Program-made: the position numbers and the translations under genes
Shown here: piece after piece, positions 26,123 to 38,499 of the stretch
Numbering within the stretch: position 1 is the stretch's first letter
How the letters are laid out: each line of letters starts with the position of its first letter
From: Octopus vulgaris
Lineage: Eukaryota
Direction of reading: 5' to 3'
DNA: 64,000 nt
Assembly: GCA_951406725.2 (NCBI GenBank)
Contig: OX597832.1
Location: forward strand, 3,596,001-3,660,000
Notes under the pieces: generated by a model
The model's database searches: none
What the model saw: only the letters and a program-made list of their open reading frames with translations
Told to the model about the DNA's origin: nothing

Positions 26123-26935
26123 CTTCCGTGAAAAGTGTAGTATTATATATGCTTTGAGATGTGGGGAGTGTGAAAATTAAAATAGTCCCCTCCCCCCTAC
26201 AACGTACCGTTTTGATGTAGTTAGTAAGTAACGAGAAACGCAAGTATAACTTTGGAAATCACCTTCCAACGATTTTAACCAGTAGGAGCTATCCAAACTG
26301 TCGTTGTTGAAGAAAATTCGAAATTCTTTTTAAAGTTTGGAAGAAAATTCGACATTCACGAACTCTTGAAGCTGATTGAGAGAGTATCAAATTAAGTGAA
26401 TGTTTATAACAATGTACAACTTCTGTCAGGGATGCAGTTTTTATCTCTTTACTGACATCGACTGATTCCCTAAACTTTAGGGTTGTGGAAACTTTTTAGT
26501 GTGGCGTGCAAAAATTTCCAAGGAAAAAGGTCCGCGGGCGGATCACCAATTTTGACTCATATCTGTGTAAATCTTGTATATATCTATGTATAAATCGATG
26601 TGCATTAATAAAGATAAGTTTAAGACATTATATTAACGCGTAACATCTTCATTAACGTTGCCACCGAATTTAGGAGGTTTATATTACTTATGAGGAATTC
26701 TATTTTTTTCAGCTAAAGTGTAGTTGGGTCTCAAAGAGGTGATACAAACCTAGCAATATGTGTTTTATAGTGAAACAAAATTTCTATTCAAATGGCAATT
26801 ATCGGACGATTTTCTGTTTGAGTCTAACCGTTTAAAGTCGTAGTGGAAACGCGACCTATTGTCGCAAATAGGCATACAAATATTGTATAAATTTTATAGT
26901 CGAAAAATTTACTATATTTTGTACATAGGAGTATA

Positions 26936-27306
26936 CCAGCCTGCGGGCGCAATTGCGCCCGCCGGCAGGAGTTTCCCCACTTCTGTCCGCAACCTTTCTT
27001 GAAGCCTTTCCTTTTCATCAACAAATCGCAAGACTGTTAAGATTTCATTAGAAGGCATGTAGTCTCACCAAACATGATAGCTATAAATGTTGATTTTTTT
27101 CGATCATTTGCTTAATTATACCTTCACTTGTAATAGCTGTACAATTAAATGATTTCATTTTGAATATCACTTGAGAGTGATATTCGTTTTCGGTATCCAT
27201 TCGAAGCTGAGAAAATGTGTTCTTGTACTGACAAACTAACAGACATGAGAAACAGAAAAAATTGTTCAGAATGGGTCATCTCGTCATTCATTTAGACTAT
27301 TTATAA
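26936..27306 (-). mobile_element. Possible non-autonomous Helitron on the minus strand
   Basis: A perfect 20-bp GC palindrome GCGGGCGCAATTGCGCCCGC (26943-26962) is followed on the minus strand by CTGG|T, a CTRR terminus. The 5' end is uncertain. Confidence 0.4.
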
Positions 27307-27308
27307 TA

Positions 27309-29074
27309 CCGTATTTGACGGCATAGTAGACGCACTGGCATATTAGACGCACCCTCATTTCAGCAAGTCAAATTCATGAAAAAAAGTTTTAAGTGTATTT
27401 AAGCATATATTGTTGAAAGCAGTCTAGCAGCACATTACAAAAGCAGAAAACATTGCTGTATAAAAGCAAGCATACAAAAGGAAAGCATACAAATTACAAT
27501 AGTAATCATCTTTAATCATCTTTTTAACCAGAAAACTCTTCATCATCTTCTACATCAGAAAAGTCTTCATCATCTTCAAAACAAGGAACATCTTCATCAC
27601 TACTGCTGAAATCACTGTCTTCAAATAATGCATCATCTTCTGTGCCATCAAGGGCATTGCTAATGCCACACTTCTTAAAAGCCTTCACAATGATTTCAGG
27701 TCTAACATCATCCCAAGATTTCTTCACCCACTCACACACTTCAGCAATGGTGGGCCGCTTCATTCTTTCTGTGGGTGTGAGGGCATGATGTGGCTCTGCC
27801 ATCCACTTGTTCCAATGTTCACGCATGTTCTGCTTAAATGGCTTATTCACAGACACATCTAAAGGTTGCAATTGGCTCGTCAGTCCACCAGGAATGACAG
27901 CTAACTGCGTTTTCAATTCTCCCACCCTTTTTTTAATGGCTTCAGTTCTATGTGCTCTAAACTGATCCCAAACCAGAAGAGAAGGTTTTCTTAATAGTCC
28001 ACCAGGACGCCTTGACCATATATTTTGTAACCACAGTTTCATTCCATTTTCGTCCATCCAGCCTTTTTCGTGAACATGAACTAGTACACCTCTTGGAATT
28101 TTATCCTTAGGCTGAGTTTTTCTCTTAAATATCAAAAGAGGTGGCAGTTTTATGCCATCAGCACAACAGGCCAGAGCTACTGTATAGTGGGTCTTTTCGT
28201 GGCCAGTGGTTTTTATCGAAACCGTTTTAGACCCTTTGACGCTCACAGTCCTGTTGGATGGTACATCAAATGTGAGTGGAACTTCGTCCATATTCCCTAT
28301 TTGGCCCAGTTCAAAACAAGTTTTCTTTCTTGCATTTATAACAAATCTATGAAAATCTAATATTTTTTTTTCATAATCAGCAGGCATTTTTTGTGCAATG
28401 GATGTTTTTGTACGCATTGATAAACCCTTCCGTTTCATAAACCTGTAACACCAACCTTCTGTTCCTGTAAGGTTCTGTATACCTCGTTGTTCTGCTACTC
28501 TCATGGCCTCAAGAATTATCATTTTGGTAGATACACTTCTCCCTGAGTTTCTCTCATCAAGCACCCACGTTTTTATATCATCCTCAAGTTCTGTGTTTTG
28601 TTATGATCATAAACTTTGTTGTACCAAGATATCCAACCTACCTCCGTATATACACGAACTCGCAACGATCATGTGCATTCCGTAGTTTTACTCCTCACCG
28701 TCAGATGGCATCGAGTTAGGGTTCCGATCAGCTGATATTAGTAAACGTGTGTCATGGATCGCAGCCTAACAATTTACGGTAGATTGCTTTGATTTTTACG
28801 ATAATTCGTATTTTAAAGTAATAATACTGGTAATAATAATAATAATAATACTAGCAATAAAATAATGATGCATGAGTACGGAAAATATCATTAAGGCGTT
28901 AGCATAGGTAGAAATACTTATCGTAAGCTAGGTTAGTGAGCGTCTGGGAGAAGATTAGCCTACGGGAGGGTCTTGACTTCGCATATTAGACGCAGGTCTT
29001 GACTTCGCATATTAGACGCATATTAGAGCCAAATTTTTTGGGAAAAAGTGCGTCCTATATGCCGTCAAATACGG
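27309..29074 (-). mobile_element. pogo-superfamily DNA transposon (DD35D, POGK/Passer-like), 1766 bp
   Basis: TIR CCGTATTTGACGGCATA...GACGCACT at both ends; TA TSD at 27307-27308 and 29075-29076; subterminal GCATATTAGACGCA repeats. Confidence 0.92.
27524..28564 (-). CDS. pogo transposase, N-terminally truncated (partial CENP-B HTH plus DDE_1 domain)
   Basis: GWCYRFMKRKGLSMR; triad NMDE / VWDQFRAH / QPLD with 35 residues between D2 and D3; acidic tail. The upstream frame ends in a stop shortly before ELEDDIKTWV. Confidence 0.82.
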   Translation of the reverse strand: MLDERNSGRSVSTKMIILEAMRVAEQRGIQNLTGTEGWCYRFMKRKGLSMRTKTSIAQKMPADYEKKILDFHRFVINARKKTCFELGQIGNMDEVPLTFDVPSNRTVSVKGSKTVSIKTTGHEKTHYTVALACCADGIKLPPLLIFKRKTQPKDKIPRGVLVHVHEKGWMDENGMKLWLQNIWSRRPGGLLRKPSLLVWDQFRAHRTEAIKKRVGELKTQLAVIPGGLTSQLQPLDVSVNKPFKQNMREHWNKWMAEPHHALTPTERMKRPTIAEVCEWVKKSWDDVRPEIIVKAFKKCGISNALDGTEDDALFEDSDFSSSDEDVPCFEDDEDFSDVEDDEEFSG

Positions 29075-29336
29075 TACTTTCAATCAAAATAACAATGACA
29101 TTCCTTGCTGTCCACTTCGGTTTTGATTGCCAGCTCGAGATTTGATTTCTCTTTTCCGAGAATGATAATATTCTTTTTATCTGTTTCAAAGTTGGTGAAA
29201 GTAGAGAGAAAACTGAACTACTTCACTATTTTCTCATCCTGGAGGTGATTAAAAGCATGAAAAATTCTACTCATAGGGTGAGACATTTATGTAATTAGTA
29301 ATGCCCTTAATATAAATAAATATATTTAAAGGGAAT

Positions 29337-29543
29337 TGTTATGTGTAGTTTGGGTTCTAATGGGAAAGACAACCGAATGACAACCATTGTTATTGTTTAC
29401 GTGTTTATCATCTTTACTTGTTACACGGACGACGACGTTCAGCGTAGTAATATATTATATACTTTACACACAGTTTGTACTATTCACTACAAAATAGTGC
29501 CAAGAGTGGGGATGCACGTATACACAGATATGAATGTGTAACA
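29337..29543 (-). repeat. 3' LTR
   Basis: TGTTATGTG...GTGTAACA; 5 substitutions versus the other LTR; adjacent PPT (AAGAAGAAGGGA on minus, from 29544). Confidence 0.95.
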
Positions 29544-29646
29544 TCCCTTCTTCTTGAAAAAAATATAAAGGGGTCTTCTGGCAGTGAAGACAATTATGAG
29601 TAGTCTCCCTTGCTCCATGGATTGTCAGCCTGTCTTTTTTTTTTCT

Positions 29647-31959
29647 TTAGCGATATCGAACCGGTGGCAGAATGTTCTTTCTCCATCTGGTGGATCTTGT
29701 GCTTCGCACCGGTGTCTGAGGTGTGTTGGCTTGCTGATATGTGGTTGGTGCCCGTTGGGGTGATGATTCTGTGGGTGTTGTCACCAATGCAGCAGGTGTT
29801 GTACACGTTTTCCTCGACAGCTCTGGTGTTGGGCGGATGTGGGCCCTGTTGCGTCTCAGCTGCCTACCAGATTCCGTTTCTATTATATGCGATCTTGGAG
29901 TTTCAGCTCTACTGACAACCTTTGCTGGGATCCATGTTTTAGTTATGGGATCTTGAGTATGCACATGTTGTCCTCCAAGTATCTCAGGTAAATATTGTGC
30001 ATGTTTGTTGTAATACCTCTGTGATTGTTCTTGAGTGGCTGCTAGCTTTGCCCTTGTCTCTTCCTGGTCAATAGGAGGTTGGATCTTAGTTGGCAGGGTA
30101 GTTTTATACTTCCTGCCATTCAGCAATTCTGCTGGGGATTTCATATCAGCTCTCAGTGGTGTCGCTCGTAGGGACAGAAGTGCCAGGTGTGTGGGTCTTC
30201 CTTAGTCTCTCGGCATTTGACTAGTGTTCTCTTCACTGTCTGCACCTGTCTTTCTATAAACCCATGGCCTTTGGGGTAGTGTGGAGATGAAGTTGTAATA
30301 TTGAACCCATACTCATCGGCTAGATTTTGAATTCTTGTGATGTGAACTGGGTTCCATTTTCACATATGATCTGCTCTGGTATTCCTTGGTCTGCTAGGAG
30401 TCCTCGAGCCACTGTAGTGATTGTTTTGGCTGTCAGGTCTTTCACTTTTCTCACAAATGGAAATTTGGAGTAGTAGCAGGCCATTATTAAATACCATTCT
30501 TGGCCCTCTGTGAATAGATCTACTCCAATAGTTTGCCATGGCCTTCTTGGGATGTCACTAGATATCATTTCCTCCTTTTGTTGTGAGGTTTCCTCTTTGA
30601 TTTCCACTAGCTTATCGGTTGTCACATTTACAATGTGGTGGACCTTTCTGCTTAGTCCTTTCATCTCCTGTTTGTTTGTGATTGGTGGTCGGTCTTTGAT
30701 AGGCATATCACTGTCAATCCTGCTTGGAGCTGCTTTCACTTGAGCATTGACCGACACAATGTTTAACCTCCTGCAGGTATCGAGTCCAAGAATTGCTGGG
30801 CCTTCTGTTCTTGTGACATAAAATGTACACTCGATTGTTTTCCCTTTGTGTGTCCCCCTAATCGTTGTTTTCCCCAGTTGTGGAATCCTGGTATCGCCGT
30901 ACGCAGTGAGGACCACATCACTTGGTGTGAGGATTCCTTTCCTGACCCTATCCTCTTCTGTCATATTTTCTGGGAACATCTTCTTGTATAAGCCGACAGG
31001 CAAGATATCACTCTGGGCCCCAGTGTCTATCTTCAGCCTTAAGTCTATGTTTGTTCTTTTCCTTCCGGCCTTCTTTTGAATTTTTATTGTCGTGTATGCC
31101 TCATCTTCTTTCTTCCGGTCGTCCTTTCCCATCTCATGCACATTTATTATGCCGATTGCCAAGAATTCCTCCTCTGAGGTGCTTTGTTCCTGTTGTTGTG
31201 CATGTATATCTCTTCTATTTCTGCTCCTCTTTGAAAATTGGAGCTTGTATCTCTGGGATTTTGTTACCCTACACATTTTTTTCCAGTGGTTAAGTTTTCC
31301 ACATCCTTTGCAGTGTGTACCGAATGCAGGACATTTTTCCCGGTTATTAAATTCATGCTCTGTACCACAGTACCGGCATGTTCTTTGTTTGTGGGTATGT
31401 GTCCTGTGCCTAGATACAGTATCTATACTGCTACCTAGTGGGCTTGTTTGTAAGCTTAGTGAGGCCATCTGTTTGGTAGTGGCTTCGAATGCTCTTGCAG
31501 TGTCTACTGCTTCTACCAACTGGAGAGCGTCCTTACCTATTAGCGATTTTTGTACTTCTTTGTGGGCACACCCCCATATTAATTGGTCTACAATTCTCTC
31601 CTCCCTGTCTTTGAATTTGCATTTCTCTGCAACATTTTTCAGTCTTGACAGGAAATTGTCAATTGTTTGTTGTGGGGCTTGTTTCAGGCCCTGGAATTCG
31701 TATCTGTGAATTCTATGGTTTGACCTGGGCTCTAGGTGCCTCTCAAATTTCTCAAGAAGTGTATCTGGGTTATTGCAGTCCGATTCTGACATATCCCAGC
31801 TATTGAAAAGGTCTATTCCTTTATTACCTGACCATAAAAGGATATAGCTTACCTTCTCATCGTCAGTTGTGCTTTTCAGGAAACTTTTGAAAGCTAGTTT
31901 AACTTTTTGTTTTTAAATTCTTCTACGACATCACTAGAATCCCAGTACGGGGTCACCAT
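29647..31959 (-). pseudogene. gag-protease-integrase remnant lacking RT and RNase H
   Basis: Two Cys/His knuckles (CRYCGTEH..C, CKGCGKLNH....C), protease DTGA, then the integrase core RPWQTIGVDLF...ENGTQF...SSPHYPKGHGFIERQVQTVK...SPAELL.GR. Frameshifts near 31910, 30325 and 30190. Confidence 0.87.
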
Positions 31960-32068
31960 CTTGGATTCGTCGTTTATTGTCCTAAGACGAAGCGATGTTT
32001 TGTTTGTTAATTCCTCGTTCGTTGTGTTTCTGTTTCGTTGTAAAAGCACAGTTCCCGATTAATTATTT

Positions 32069-32081
32069 ACCGCTGCCACCA
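32069..32081 (-). promoter_or_regulatory. Primer-binding site complementary to the tRNA-Leu 3' end
   Basis: Minus strand reads TGGTGGCAGCGGT immediately inside the 5' LTR. The plus-strand ACCGCTGCCACCA matches the 3' end of metazoan tRNA-Leu(AAG/TAG). Confidence 0.8.
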
Positions 32082-32288
32082 TGTTATGTGTAGTTTGGGT
32101 TCTAATGGGAAAGACAACCAAATGAAAACCATTGTTATTGTTTACGTGTTTATTATCTTTACTTGTTACACGGACGACGCCGTTCAGCGTAGTAATACAT
32201 TATATACTTTACACACAGTTTGTACTATTCACTACAAAATAGTGCCAAGAGTGGGGATGCACGTATACACAGATATGAATGTGTAACA
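32082..32288 (-). repeat. 5' LTR
   Basis: Direct repeat of 29337-29543. Confidence 0.95.
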
Positions 32289-32377
32289 GGAATATTTATG
32301 AAGTTTTCCCTTATGAGGTTTTTCACGCTGACTACTTGATAATTTCTTATAATGATTTTATCCTATTTTAAAATTTT

Positions 32378-32730
32378 GAGTGGCTGTGTGGTAAGTAACT
32401 TGCCTACTAACCACGCGGCATCTTGGGCAAGTATAGCCTCGGACCGACCAAAGCCGTGTGAGTGGATTTGGTAGACGGAAACTGAAAGAAGCCCGTCGTA
32501 TATATGTATATGTATATATATATATGTGTGTGTGTGTCTGTGTTTGGCCCCCAACATAGCTTGACAACCGTGTGTTTACGTCTCTGTAACTTAGCGGTTC
32601 GGCAAAATAGACCGATAAAATAAGTACTAGGCTTACAAAAACATAAGTCCTGGGGTCGATTTGCTCGACTAAATGCGGTGCTCCAGCATGGCCACAGTCA
32701 AATGACTGAAACAAGTAAAAGAGTAAAAGA
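32378..32730 (+). mobile_element. Family A SINE
   Basis: Homology to 6570-6990. Confidence 0.8.
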
Positions 32731-32814
32731 GAGTATATATATATATATATTGATAAAAATGGTAAGACAACAAAAGAAAGAAAGAGACTTCGATATTATG
32801 TAAATAGAGGAATT

Positions 32815-32942
32815 TATCTGTAAAAGTGATATGTGACAATTATTCGGTAGCCTTGATAAAACTCCGAGTTGCGGATGCCGCGGCATCCGAAACTCGGAGT
32901 TTTTATCACGGCAACCGAATAATTGTCACATATTACATTTAC

Positions 32943-32947
<5 letters not shown>
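32815..32947. repeat. ~66-bp-arm fold-back palindrome with no loop, carrying a hammerhead 3' half
   Basis: Axis 32880/32881 (CGGATGCCG|CGGCATCCG); about 6 differences between the arms. Confidence 0.88.
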
Positions 32948-32983
<36 letters not shown>

Positions 32984-33264
32984 GGAGCAATGGCCCAGTG
33001 GTTAGGGCAGTGGACTCGCGGTTTCAATTCCCAGACTGGGCGTTGTATGTGTTTATTGAGCGAGAACGCCTAAAAGCTCCACGAGGCTCCGGCAGGGGGT
33101 GGTGATCCCTGCTGTACTCTTTCACCACTCTTTCTCTCACTCTTTCTTCTGTTGGCCTGCTCGCTTAGCCAGCGGGGTGGCGTCATTTGAAGACTAAAAC
33201 AATGCGAAGTGCATTGTGACCAGCGATGTGTAGCAACATCTGATAGCCTGGTCGGTCAAGTGAT
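32984..33264 (+). mobile_element. tRNA-derived SINE (family C) with an RTE-like tail
   Basis: TGGCCCAGTGGTTAGG A-box, GGTTTCAATTCC B-box-like motif; tail TGTGACCAGCG...CTGGTCGGTCAAGTGAT. Confidence 0.8.
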
Positions 33265-33851
33265 ATATATATATATATATATATATATAGTAAATGATTG
33301 AATGATTAACAGTAAAATAATCTATAAAACAATTTGAACTAATTCAGGATTAAGGAATGGATAAAATCTTTTTAAAACGATGCTTGTGCACACGCGCACA
33401 CGCCCCCCCCCCCATCACCACACACACTTAAGAAGTATTTAAAGATTCCATTATTTCTGCTAAGCATGTTAAAATTTTTGTTTCTAAAATTATTTTTATC
33501 AAGAATATTTTGAGATATTATTTTATTGTCAGAAATAACTTTGTGCTTTATGCAGGTGATTAGAAACATATTTTATTGTATATTGTAACCAGTTTTGTCT
33601 GTTTTACTAATAAATTTCTGTCAGCAACATTCTCTTGAAAAATTTCAACTACATTATTAATTAATACAACCTACATTATAGATGTGTGGATGAGGTGTGT
33701 GCATGCTTGACTTTGTGTATGTGTGTGTGAGGTGTGTGTGTGTGATAGTGAGTAGATATCTGCAAATATGAATTTGTGCACACAAGCACACACGCATGTA
33801 TATACATACACAAACACATGTATGTATGCATGATGCATACGTGTATAGTTA

Positions 33852-34177
33852 CAGGCATGACTGTGTGGTTAGGAAACTTGCCTTGTATAGGAACTGTGTG
33901 AAAGTCCATTGGTAGACGGAAACTGAAAGAAGCCCGTCGTATATATGTATATATATATATGTATGTGCGTGTATGTTTGTGTGTCTGTGTTTCTCCCCCT
34001 AGCATTGCTTGACAACCGATGCTGGTGTGTTTATGTCCCCGTCACTTAGCGGTTCGGCAAAAGAGAACGATAGAATAAGTACTGGGCTTACAAAGAATAA
34101 GTCCCGGGGTCGAGTTGCTCGATTAAAGGCGGTGCACCAGCATGGCCGCAGTCAAAATGACTGAAACAAGTAAAAAG
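33852..34177 (+). mobile_element. Family A SINE (head partly deleted)
   Basis: Homology to 6570-6990. Confidence 0.78.
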
Positions 34178-35402
34178 AGAGAAAAAGAGAAAGAGAGAGA
34201 TATACACAGTTGAATAAAGTTACGACATAGTCTGGTTTTCACGTTTTTTATTATTGTATTTAAAAAAGATTTTTTACCATGTTGAAGTGTGTTAAACATT
34301 AAAAAACTATCTAGTAATGTCCATTACCGCTTTCATACGTTCGTAGTAATTATCAGATTTCAAAATGTATTGACTGACAGTTGAGCTGAGTTCTTGACAA
34401 CTGTAGCAAAATGACCGATTTCTTCATTTTTATACTTTTTAGAAGGCTCCGAAAAGCTGCATTTTTCGAATACGGTTTTGATCAATCAGTATGCAACTTA
34501 AACGCCACGGTTTGTCGGACGCACCGATATTGCTGGCATAGACTCCACCTTTATTTTAACCAATTGGCTTGCGGTTTACATGTAATGGTTTTATGAGTGA
34601 GCAAACTTAGTCGGTTTTGGTCATTTTTATTTCAGTCGGTGGGAGTCTTCTGTAATTTGTTTATATTCATATGTTAAAGATATTTTTTAATTCACATCAT
34701 TAACTGGTTGTTATAACAACCAGTCGAGTTGTTATATGCATGTATCTATGTACTTGTGTTTGTCCTCTCACTACCACTTGATGACCAAAAAGTACTGGGA
34801 TTGATATATTTATTTAACAAAATCCTTGAAAGTGGAGCTACATTATGGCTGCGATCCAGTGACTTAAAACAAGCAGAAGATGAAAGACATGAAGGGAGGT
34901 GGAAAAATATATTTGCTGATTGCAAAGAAACACACATAAAAGTAAAAACACTTAGTGCTGTGTAGAATAAATTCTCCATCTTCATGGTACTTCTGCACCA
35001 CTTAAATGACTGGTCAGAAGAAAGGGGTAATACGGTAGAAGTTACAATCAAAGGCTTTATACATGTAATTATCCATTCAGAATTTTTTCATAAAATTGAA
35101 AATGATAGTGAATTTCTTAGAAAAGTAGATTCAAGTGAAATATGAAATTGCCGGTCGTTGACTCATATACTACTTGTCAATAAAAACATGTGTTTATTGT
35201 CAAGTAATATTTTATTCAAAGATTGTTTTAATTTATTTTTAAATGCTACTGTTCTACTTGATAATATTTTATATCGTGGTACTGTTAAGTAAAGATTAGC
35301 AGTTTTGTGTACCATTTGTTTCCGTTTTCAGTTTTCTCTTTTTCTATCCCTTATCCAGACTCTTAACCTTCTAAGGGATAAAGACAAATTGTGCATCTTG
35401 CT

Positions 35403-35462
<60 letters not shown>

Positions 35463-37230
35463 TTATTATATATGTATATATACATACATAACATATATTA
35501 ATACATATATATTATATATATATGGATGCAATCATATACACGTATATGAACAAATCATTACGTTCCTGTACACAAACATGCATATACAAATATATAAACA
35601 CGAATGTGACTGTGCCTTAGTAAAATTTGATGAGGATCTGACAACTTAAAAAAAAAAAATCAATTAAAGACGACAGAGAGAAAGGAAAAAAGAAAGAAGG
35701 AAAAAGAAAAAGGATGCTTAGTTAGTCTGTTTGTCCATTGGCAACTAATGTAGACAATGACTAAACGTTTTTGGATAGCTACTGACTGTCTTGAATTTAT
35801 CTGCCCTTTGAAGGTTTTGTTTTTCATTCTGAGGGGTGTCCAAAATCCCCCTCCTCATCAGGCAATCTTGGAAAAGTCGCCAGTTTAGTTGCCGATGAAC
35901 CCAACTATGCAACAAGTTGTACTGGGTTACATGTTTCCAGTAGTGTTTTTAAGCGATCCCACAATGCACAAACCAACACAAACCACACACATACATACAG
36001 GGACCATCTATGCCTAGGGAACAAAAGAATCACAACTGCTCCCATATATACATATACTACATATACCGTTTTTTTCTCGAGGCTACAGAATGGCGGTATT
36101 TCATTTTTAATCCAATTTGAAATAATCAAATTTTATTCAAATTTGAAATAACTCAACTGCAGCAATGCGAGGTCAGCCGTCTATAGCTCCAAAGATTTTC
36201 AGCCATCTTGAATCAATGACTACTCTACCTGACAACGCAATACTTTTACAATACAGGAAGAAAACCGCAACCATTCCTGCATATCCTACATCCTTCGTGC
36301 ACCTGAAACTACAAAGTGGCAGTATTTCATTCTCGCATAAGTAGAATACATTAGCCACTCGAACAAGACTATTTTGCCATCAGCTGGGGGTCTGTCCATT
36401 ACATGCTACGCAGGTTTTACAAATTAGACACAGATACTGTTCTAGCGCAAGGTTTTTTCTATAGAGAGGAAGAGCTGAGCGCACATCAGAGTCATTCTTT
36501 CGTTCTCACACAATATGCCCTACGACAAGTTAAAATGAGCTTGTATAAGAATGCAGAGGATTGCCAAATTGGCTGAAAGAATCTCTAGAGCTTGCAGTAC
36601 ATGTTAATTTGATGCGTGCCCCGGCCATAAAGCATAACTCCAAATGTTTTCCCTGCATCAAGGCTTCTAGTCCAGCTTGATGATATGTTACCACATGAAC
36701 CATTTGATCCTGTTGGCTTGCTGCTGCCGTCTTTGAAATTGTGGAGGAAGATAGCTCATGTCTTCTATGCTTCATTTGAATGCATGAAAACATGTCACTA
36801 AACATGCGCACACATATGTAACTTGCATATCTACACATTTTTGGATAGCTACTGACTGTCTTGAATTTATCTGCCCTTTGAAGGTTTTGTTTTTCATTCT
36901 GAGGGGTGTCCAAAATCCCCCTCCTCATCAGGCAATCTTGGAAAAGTTGCCAGTTTAGTTGCCGATGAACCCAACTATGCAACAAGTTACATGTTTCCAG
37001 TAGTGCTTTTAAGCGATCCCACAATGCACAAACCAACACAAGCATATACAATAACAAATTCATATGCATACACACATATACATACATACATACATACATA
37101 CATACATACATGCATACATACATGCATGCATACATACATACATACATACATACATACATACATACTGGTCCCTTAGCATCTACAAATATATGATGTAATA
37201 AAGAACCCACACAAGGCACACACACACACG

Positions 37231-37266
<36 letters not shown>

Positions 37267-37277
37267 TACACACACAC

Positions 37278-37334
<57 letters not shown>

Positions 37335-38499
37335 CATCATTATATAGCATGTGTTGTAAATTCAGATTCATGTCTGTGTATTTAAGGGGGAAATATCTGT
37401 ACCAGAACATACACAGTTGCAGGTTATAAGCTGGACTATAAATTGCAATTCCGAGACTATTGCCAAGCAGTCCCTCAATTTCTACATAAACGCTTACCAC
37501 CTCAAATGATTACCACAGAAATTATTCTGTTCTACCATCAGTAACATTCCTTAACACGCAACCACTAAACAATGAACTGCTGCCACCTTACCTGTTTTCT
37601 CTAAGGAGACTGTATAGGAAAGTAACTAACATACTTCTCCACTGTTAAAATCAACACTTACGATATAATCAGCATACACATTCATTTCGCAACCTGAACA
37701 GGCTATCTTGTTCATCATCATCTTAAATATGGTTCCTAAGGAATCCTAAGTCACGTTATCGTATTAATTAGAACACTTGGTTACTTAGTTATAACAAAAC
37801 CTCCTGCTAACTTTGTACGTTAGAATCATTCGAAATCATTTTTCCAACTTTCATCTTCTCAATTGACACTACAAGCTAATTTCTGCCGCCAGGCACCGCA
37901 CTTTCCAAGCACTTTTCTAATGCTCATCGGTTACATGTCTCAGTAAGATTTTTACAGAAACTCCCCCCCCCATAAACATTTAGTAATTATTTATGCCTTT
38001 CTCTGTTACTTTCTCTTCTCGTTATAGTTCCTCCCCCATTTTCTTCATGCGTGTGTGAAGCTTTGTGTACATAAATACGTATCTGTCTGTCTGCCTACCT
38101 ACCTGCCTACCTGCCTACCTGCCTGCCTATCAACCTACTTATCTATCTTTCTTCTTGTCACTCTTCTCCCTCTCACACTCGCAAAATTTATACATTATTA
38201 GGTGTAATAGAAAATCTCTGAAACAGGCAACAGAAAATATAATATGAAGGTCATAAAAATACGTCATGGTGCTATTCGAGTTAATAAGTAGACTGGTGCG
38301 TTATGTTTATGATAAAAACAAAATCATAGTATAAAAATGTTTGGATAACTATGTCATCTTATAAATACTTCAGAGCCTTGTCTAACATATATCACGTATC
38401 AAGGGGAAGTTAAATATGAATGATTTACTCGGGAAAGCTCTTCATGCTTTTTGTAGAGATAAGTGTTATATTAAGATAACAGAAGACAATGGATTATAT

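Larger units (their letters stand above)
29337..32288 (-). mobile_element. Gypsy (Mag-like) LTR retrotransposon, non-autonomous, 2952 bp
   Basis: Two 207-bp TG...CA LTRs; 5-bp TSD GGAAT (29332-29336 and 32289-32293); tRNA-Leu PBS; polypurine tract; gag-PR-IN remnants. Confidence 0.95.

Noticed and set aside
31092-31709. 205-aa plus-strand ORF (also 44536..45057 on minus)
   Set aside because: Antisense shadows of retroelement coding sequence.
35810-35870. Minus-strand CTGATGA...GAGGGG/CCCCTC...GAAA (also in the duplicate at ~36880-36940)
   Set aside because: Stem II does not close adjacent to GAAA, and there is no credible stem III or stem I, so it is not called a hammerhead.
37440-37520. 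GGKRLC motif resembling a cytochrome P450 heme signature on the minus strand
   Set aside because: Surrounded by stops with no other P450 motifs; likely chance.
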